Position numbers and translations under genes: made by a program
Notes under the pieces: generated by a model
Told to the model about the DNA's origin: nothing
Databases searched by the model: none
The model's input: only the letters and a program-made list of their open reading frames with translations
Shown: positions 41,101 through 50,100 of the stretch, in pieces
Layout: the number at the start of each line of letters is the position of its first letter
Numbering within the stretch: the stretch's first letter is position 1
Source of the DNA: Heterodontus francisci
Taxonomy: Eukaryota
Direction of reading: 5' to 3'
DNA: 64,000 nucleotides
NCBI RefSeq assembly: GCF_036365525.1
Contig: NC_090411.1
Location: 21,343,259-21,407,258 of the forward strand

Positions 41101-44100
41101 CTCTGGAAGGTAGATCTCTCCCTCAGTGATGGCCACTGTGGAAGTCTACATGAGCCTCACTCTTGATCTGACCCACTGCCATTTTAAATCCCACTGGCTC
41201 TAAGAGAACAGGAAACCCGTCTCCACACCAATTAAGGGCTTACCGATCTGAAAATTGCAATCTGAATCAGCTTCCCACCGGAGGCAGGTTTCTGACCCAA
41301 AGCCAGACCTGGTTTTGAGCAGACCACAACCATTCTGAAAATCCTGGCTGGTTTATACTGAAGGGGCTTCCAAATCTGTCCAGGCACCTGAAACATATCT
41401 TCAGCATGTTTTCTCGATGGCACGTCTGCTGGTTATGTGGTATTTGTTGTGTTGCTCCTGGGCCTCGTTCCTCGGGTTTATGAGAGGTGGCATCAGCCAC
41501 GTTTTAAGTGGGTATCTCTTGTCTCCAAGCAGCCGGCCAATAAGTCTGCATCCAGGTGGGAAGAGATCAGGGAGGCTGGACTGCTTTGAGATAAAAGCAA
41601 CATGGCAGCTGCCTGGGAATATTGTGCACACCTACATAAAGATCTTTTTTCTGGTTGCCCATCAGCTGCATAGTGATGGAATGGAAGCCCTTATGGTTGA
41701 TGAACATTCCTCTGTGATCTATGGGTGCCTTAGAAACCACAATGTATGCAGTCAATGACCCCCTATGCCTGTGGGACATCAACCAGAGCCACAAGCCTGA
41801 GCACCCGCTCAATTTGACTGGTGTCACCACTGGCAAGCTTCACGTAATCAGCAGCCCTGGCAAAGGTGTATCAATCACCTGTCTTAGACATCTGTGTGCT
41901 GCCGACGGCGAGATCCGGCAAATGTCTCTGGCAGAGGCCTGGAAGGATCCAGAGGCAAAAAAAACTTGAGGACGGTGGTGACTTTGGCAGCCACTGGTAA
42001 AGTGTGGCTACCAGGTCCAGTTGGCAGCAGGTCTTCTTCCAGCAGGATGCAAACGTGTGCCATCGCCTGACGTGACACTCTGAGCTTCCTGAGATACTCG
42101 TGCTCCAGCATGTCGATAAACAGCTTATCCTCTGTAGAGCCTTCTGCAAGCTGCACCTTCTCTGCTGATCCCCTCTCTCCTCTGCAGCTGCAGCTCTGTG
42201 AACATCAGGCTATTGCTGTTGCTGCTGCTGCACGTCCTGCTGCTGCTGCTGGGGATCATCTTGGTGCTCATCTGAGATCTAAAATAACACAGCGTAAGCG
42301 ACACCCATACTGACCTGATAGATCAGGGCTCCCAAGTGCAGATCAGACCTCCAAACCTCCTAGGTAACCTCTCAATACATATACTTTTACATAAACAGAT
42401 AGGGAAGGAGCTGGGAATACTGTGTACTTATTGGCCTATATTCCTGTCATAGTTTCATCTCCTTCAACTGTGGCTGTGTTCTCTCCTTACTTTCACTAGC
42501 GTGTCACAGGAAGCCTGAGAAACCCGTGGACCCAAATTTAAATGGCAAAACCCGCATCAATATCATTTTAATTGAGAGATTAACGTATTGAAATTGACAA
42601 CCCGCCACTCCCAGGGGGGCTGCATGCACACAGCCTAACACACTGGAGTGAAATGCAGAAGCCTACAGGTTGGTGCAGTAGTATCATGTAATATAGTGGA
42701 CATTGGGTTGTTACTAGGCGTATTATGTAAATAGACTATGTGCATCATCACAGGAAGTGATGTCATGTAATTGGCACAGAACCTCCTGGAGAGTTATAGA
42801 TGAAGTCTTAGATGCAACATGTGTAGAATACTTTAACCGTCAGACTCTTATATACTCTGTACTAAGCCTTGATAATTATCAGAATATTACAGGTGCAAGC
42901 TTCCCAACGCACTCACATTTTTTCCGGAATTTCAGGATTTCACCACCCCACCCCACCCCTTCCCCCCACCCGACCCCAACCCACATGCTGACTCATGTTA
43001 AAATTTCCCCCATTAATCCTGGTCAAAGTTAATTAACACTTGTAAAAATATGAATGAATAAATGATAGCCAGCACAGATTTGTTAAAGGCAAATGATGTT
43101 TGATGAATTTGATTGAGTTCTTTAATGAAGTAATTGACAGGATGGATGAGGGTAGTGCAGTTAATGTGTATATGGACTTTCCATAGGCAGTTGATAAAGT
43201 ACCACATAACAGAATTGTTAGCAAAACTGAAACCCACAGGATTAAAGGGACAGTGGCTGCACGGATATAAAACTGGCTAAGAGACAGCAAGCAGAGAGTA
43301 GTGGTGAACAATTGTTTTTCAGACTGGAGGGAAGTGTGTAGTGGTGTCCCCAGGGGGTCGCTGTTGGGACCACTGCTCTTTCTGATATATATTGATGACC
43401 TGGACTTGAGTTACACAGCGCATAATTCCAAAGTGTGTCAATGCCTTGAAACTCGGAATTATAGTAAATAATGAGGAGAACAGTAACAGATTTCAGGAGG
43501 ACATATGGGCAGACACAAGGCAGATGAAATTTAATGCAGAGAAGTGGGAGGTGATACATTTTGGTAGTGTCACGCTAGGCCCCCACCTGCCAAGAATGAG
43601 GCACATCAATTTTGTCATGAACATTGATTTTTAATTGTTGTTGGAGCGAGGAAATGACTTGTTAAACAGATCAGCCATGGCTGGAATCAAAACATTTATA
43701 TACTAATAGACATCAAAGGTGAGGAAGCGCATTCCAGGACCTGCAAAGGAGGATACAATCCACAAGGGCCAGGACTGGTTAGACCAGCTGGTCACATGAC
43801 TACCTGGCTGTTCCAGGGTTTTCATTTGAACTGGCCACAGAGAGTTTGAACGGAGAGTGTCTGTTGTTCCTGAACTGAGAAGATCTCTCCTGTCTGCTCC
43901 CATCTCTTTCTCACAAGCCTCTGAATCCACTGAAGACACATGAACCCCAAAAGAGAAAAGTCTCCTACAGCGAACAAGGTTTAAAAAGAATTCTGGGCCC
44001 CAACGAAAAGCAAGATCTACCAACAATCAAGGACTCTACAGCGAGCTCAAAGAACCGTAACAACAACTCTTCAGATTCTGCCTCAAATGTTTCCACTTTA

Positions 44101-47100
44101 TTTTTCTTCTGCTCTTTTCTGTCTCTATTTGCATGTGTGTATCGCGTATGCATACGAGCGTGGGCGCATCGTGTATCCATCGGCATCAACCGAATTAGAG
44201 TTTAAGTTTAATAAATGTCAACCTTTTCTTTAAACCTAAGAAAACCTGTTTGTGCTGGTCTTTGCCTGTGAATTAGAAAGCGGTGAACAAGGATTCACCA
44301 AGGGGGAGCTAAAAACATGGTATTTTAAAAATTAAACCCTGTTATGGTTAGACCAGGTGAAGGCTGAGAGGGAACCCTAGACCCTTTCTCACCGGGTCGT
44401 AACAGTAGCAAGAATGAGGGGAGGCAATATAAACTAAATGGTACCATTTTAAAGGTGGTGCAGGAACAGAGGGACCTGGGATGTGCACACACAAGTCTTT
44501 GAAGGTGACAGGACAAGTTGAGGAGGCTATTAAAAAGGCAGACATGTTAGTTGGCTGTATAAAAAGAGAAATAGAGTACAAAAGCAAGGAAGCTATGCTA
44601 AACCTTTATAAAACACTGGTTAGACCCCAATTGGAGTACTGTGTTCAATTCTAGGCACCACACTTTAGGAAAGGTGTCAAGGCCTTAGAAAGGTTGCAGA
44701 GGAGATTTACTAGAATGGTACCAGGGATGAAAGACTTCAGTTGCGTAGGGAGACTAGAGAAGCTGGGGTTGTTCTGCTTAGATTAGAGAAGGCTAAGGGG
44801 ATAGTTGATTCAGCAGTTCAAAACCCATAATGGTTCTGATTGGGTAAATAAGGAGAGACTGTTTCCAATGCAGAAGGGTCAGTAACCAGAGGATACAGAT
44901 TTAAGGTGATTGGCAAAAGAACCAGCGTCAATATGAGGAAAAGAAATTTATGCAGTAAGTAATTGTGATCTGGAATGCACTATCTGAAAGGTAGGAATTG
45001 GATAAGCATAGAACCATAGAAAAGTTATGGCACAGAAGGAGGCCATTCAGCCCATCGTGTCTGCACCGGGGGAAAAAACTGGCCGCCCAATCTAATCCCA
45101 CCTTCCAGCACCTGGTCCATAGCCTTGCAGGTTACAGCACTTCAGCTGCATGTCCAGGTACCTTTTAAATGAGTTGAGGGTTTTTGACTCCACTGCTGAT
45201 CCAGGCTGTGACTTCCAAACACCCACCACCCTCTGGGTGAAAACATTTGTCCTCATGTCCCCTCTAATCCTTCTACCAACCACCTTAAATCTGTGCCCCC
45301 TGGTAACTGACCTCTCCGCTGGGGGAAACAGGTTTTTTTAAAGTCAAACTCGCCCAGAGTGGGGCTCAAACACATGGCCCTGTGATTAAGAGTCACATGC
45401 TCTGCCAATCTAAAAAGAAGAAAATGCAGGGCTATGAGAAAGAGCAGAGGAATGAGATTATTTGATAGCTCTTTCAAAGAGCCAGTACAGGCATGATGGG
45501 CTGAATGTCCTCCTTCTCTGCTATATCATCCTATGATTCTACTTATATTATCATGAAAACCAGTTTGGCCTGCCCAAGAGTTTAAAGGAAACCACAAACA
45601 TCAATTTTTCATTGTACATGAATCTAGGTCAACAACCTGGAACTTTCTGTTTAAGGGTTTCAGCTGCATGAGAAAACCAGCCATTCTGACACTGTGAAGT
45701 TTATTTTTCCAATAATTCCATTTTCTCTGCCTCCTGAAGCCGCTGTTTCTTCCTGTGGTGCATTACTGTGGAAACCGGCACCCTGCAGTACCTCACCTAA
45801 GTGCCCATCATTCACAAGGTACCAAGTATCAGCAAGCAATTTCCACCATGGTGGACCTCACGACAATGCCTCATCTGGTTTTCATTTGCTCTTTACTGAA
45901 CCATGCCTTCCAGCACAGGTAACTGGGTTGTGGTTAGGAGCAGAAACCCTGGCGGTTTTAATTCTTCCTAGCTGAAGGGCAGTTAGAGCGATTTTAATGT
46001 CTCAGGAAAGATTGAACAGGCTGGTGCTCTTTTCACTAGAAAGGAGAAGACTGAGGTGTGACCTGACAGAGGTCTTCAAGTTTATGAAAGAGTTTGATAA
46101 GGTAGACATAGAGACGATGTTTCCACTTGTGGGGAATACCAAAACTAGGGGCCATAAATATGAGATAGTCACTGATAAATCCAATAGAGAATTAAGGAGA
46201 AACTTCAGAGAGTGGTTAGAACATGGAACTCGCTACCATAAGGAGAAGTTGAGGTGAATAGCATTGGTATATTTAAGGGGAAGTAAAAAAAGCACATGAG
46301 GGAGAAATGAATAGAAGAACATATTGATAGGGCTAGATTGAAGAGTATTAGAAGGAGGCTCGTGTGGAGCATAAAGACTGGCAGGGACCCACTGGCCTGT
46401 TTCTGTGCTGTTAATTATTTAGGCTGGCTATCTTTAGACAAGTGACGTTGAAGCAATTGAATTTGATGTTTTCATGTTCGTGACAGGAATTGACAAAGTT
46501 GATCCAGTCAAGTAGTCCCTTGTTCTAAGACTGAGGGGACACGAGTTTAAGAAATTTAAAAATTAAAAGTAAGAGGGCAATTCATGTTTGTGGGTCCTGT
46601 GTGAGGGACGAGTGAGGATCAATTGTGACACTCTCCTCCTGCCCAACACTCACTGGCTGGGCTCACCTGATCTCCTGTTCCTAAATATCCTCATGTGCTC
46701 ACTTACAGACAGGGATAGCTTCTGCAGTCTATCGGAAATAGACAATACCACAAGCACACTGGCTACGTACAGCAATAAATCCATAAACAGACAAATAAAA
46801 TTTCATAAATCCTTTGAAAAAAACTAAATGTACCATTATTTAAATAAGTTTAAAATTGGGATAATTTTAATTAATTGATTCATGGGATGTGGGTGTGACT
46901 GGCGTGGTTGCCCTTGAGAAGGAAGTGGACCTCCTTCTTAAACTGCTTTGATACAACTGAGGAGCTTGCTCGATCACTATGGAGGACATTTTCAGAGGCA
47001 ACCACATAGATATGAAACAGCAGTCACATATCAGCCAGACAAGTTTCCTTCCCTAAAGGACATTTGTGAACAGTTGGGTTTTTGCATCAACCCAATAGCT

Positions 47101-50100
47101 TCATGGTCACTTTTATTGATATTGACTGTTTTTTAAAAATTATTTCCGATTAAACTAAATTCGTATTCTCAACGTGCCATGGTGGGATTCGAATTCATAT
47201 ATTATTAGTCCAGGCATCTGGATTACTGCTCCAGACACATTACACCACCACACCCTTCAATGCATTCCTGTAATTCATTCACTAAAATGATCTGTTGAAA
47301 CCAAGTGTTCCATGACACATACTATTCTACATCACACTGTTTGTCATAGCCTAATGACCACTGAAAATACAGCAAACCACAAGGGTATAATTATTAGTTC
47401 TGTGCCATAGGTTAGGAAGGTGAAGGGATCCCATTCATAATGGCTATCAATTGATCCCTGCTGGAAAGTGTTTGCATCGGGACATTGACTTGAGTATGTG
47501 ATCAAGCTATCCATGGTTAACAGCCTGCCAAAAAATTACTGCTTAGGTTTGCATATGAGACGTGAACGTGCCAAGCAAGACTCAATAGTTTGAGAATAGG
47601 ATGGGATAAGATTGAACATAAATTAAAGAGCGTAAAAAAGTTCCCATTTTTATTTTCTTCCAATGGAGAATACAAAAATATGCAGACCATAATTAAACAT
47701 CATAAATACATATTCAGAGCATTTTTGTACACCATACATATTTGCACCATAAAAGCACACAATACAAAAGGTATAAAGACACAATTCTCAGGAAAATTAA
47801 AAAATCTTTTATAAACTTGCTATGAGTTTCTTTAATTTTTTCACAGTGGATTTGGGTTAAAAATTGACTTTACTCACAGACGATATTTCCAGTTGATTTT
47901 TATATAATTCTAACGAAACTCATAAGGGATCAGGACAGAGTCGATAGGGAAAAACTGTTCCCACTGGCAGAAGGGTCGAGAACTAGAGGACACCAACTTA
48001 AGGTGATCGGTAAAGAACCAAAGGCGACGTGAGGAAAACATTTTTTACACAGTAAGTGCTTAGGATCTGGAATGCACTGCCTCAGAGTGTGTTGGAGGCA
48101 GATGCAATCATGGCTTTCAAAAGAGAACTGGACAATTATCTGAAGAGAAAAAAATTTACAGGGAAAAGGCGGGGAGTGGGACTCGCTGAGTTGCTCTTAC
48201 AGAGAGCTGGCATGGACACGATGGGTCGAATGGCCTCCTTCTGGGCTGCAACCATTCTATGATTCTAAATTTTTGATTATTGCCTGGTAGATGTCTGATG
48301 CAGGAGCCAAACCATTCAATTCAAATACAAACATCTTGTGTGATTTCACAAAATATATTTTTGATTTGCAGCTATTATTTTGAATTTAATAGGCAGTTAT
48401 TATAATGAATTTTGCCTAGATATCTGGGCATGTGACAGCCCTCGCAGGAACATAGGTCTCACATAAGAGTAATCAGCTGGACGCCAAGAATATCTAGTGT
48501 AAAGAGCATGGACACCTCAAAAATGAAATGTATATATTGCCTGATACTGTGTCTGTTTGTCAGTCTGAGTGCACAAACTCCACAAGATTTGCCGTAGATA
48601 ACTACACTCTAAATTAGACGCTTGCTGAAGACCCATTCCTGTGTCTAAATCATCTGAACTTTTCTTGAATTTCAAGCCTATAACTCATTCCATTATTCTT
48701 CACATAAGCTATCCAAAACCCTTAGTTAAGTTCCAGTCTATAACTTAATCCCAGGTACCAATTATTCTACAGAAATCCATCCAGACTCATTAATTAAAGT
48801 GCAGCCTGAAATTTGCTCCTGAATGACTATTATCTGATATATAAATTTTCCAAACCACTCAAACAACTTTTAGCTTGTAACTTGCTCCTATGTATCCATT
48901 CCTCTGCTTGTAATTCATCCGAACATTTTCATTAGGTGCCAGCCTATAGTTCACTCCTTGGCAAACATTACGGGCCAGATTTCAATGGGGCGGGGATTTT
49001 GAAGGATGTTCCATTCCACACTTGTTCATACACCTTGAGCTTTCAAAACATTGTACACATCAATTTGCTGGAAGTGTGAGCTGACAATGGCACAGTGAGG
49101 GAATCAGGACATCTGGGTGTTTGATGAACAATGGGGCAGACAAGTATCTCCTTAAACAATTAGGTTTATAGGTTGGGAAATAAACAGAGGAAGGGCTGAG
49201 AAGTAACGTGATTTAGAATGGGTGAATTCAATGTCAAACCCGATACAGAAAGAGAAATAAAGAGAGGAAAAGAAATAAAAACAAGAAATGCTGGAAATAC
49301 TCAGCAGGTCTGGCAGCATCGGTGGAGAGAGAAGCAGAGTTAAAGTCTCAGGTCAGTGACCCTTCTTCAGAGGAAAAGAAAGATTGGATTAAAAGAGAGA
49401 GAAAATAGCCAGTAAGACCAAAAACATAAAAATTTTAAATGTCACATTTTTAAATTCTCCTGAAGCATCTCACAACCTGAAGAAATGAGATTGCACATTG
49501 ATAATCCGTTACTTTCCGGGTGAGAGAGGTTGAGTGGCAGTCATTAACAATTATCAGAACTTCATTTAAAGGATACTTACACGACTAATTATTAGATAAC
49601 TTTCCGTGGCGAGTTTAATAAGCGACTATTGTATAAAACAACAACTTCACAAAAGTCACAGGGAGGTTCAGTGCTAGATATCATTTTCGCAAAGTTAATG
49701 GTGCAGAGGCGCTAGTCATTAACTAGTGGTAATTCTCAATTCAGGGGATATCTCTTCCTGCATGTTTTTGGGCAATTTGAGCATTATGAATGGCATGCAT
49801 CATTCGGATGTTATTATTTTTTCTTCTTCTTCTTCAAATCTGGCCCACAATATAATCTACGTATAATCCATTGAACTCTATAGAATAGATCTCAGCCTAT
49901 AACATACTCTCAGGCATCTGTTTTAAATCTTATTATGTGCGGTAGTTGCTCTCTGTCGCAAGATTCATGTAAAAGGCGGTTATGAACGAGGTGATTACAG
50001 ACAACAAAGTTATTCTTCCTCAAGCAGTTCAAAGCCATTATCCGAATTAACTCAAAAGCACTCTAAGGTTTCTCGATTGTTAAATGCTTATTTGCTGTCA

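Noticed and set aside
47879-47910. Short AG...GTGAGT-bounded segment in the V-C intron
   Set aside because: A 32-nt exon would shift the frame, and nothing else supports it.
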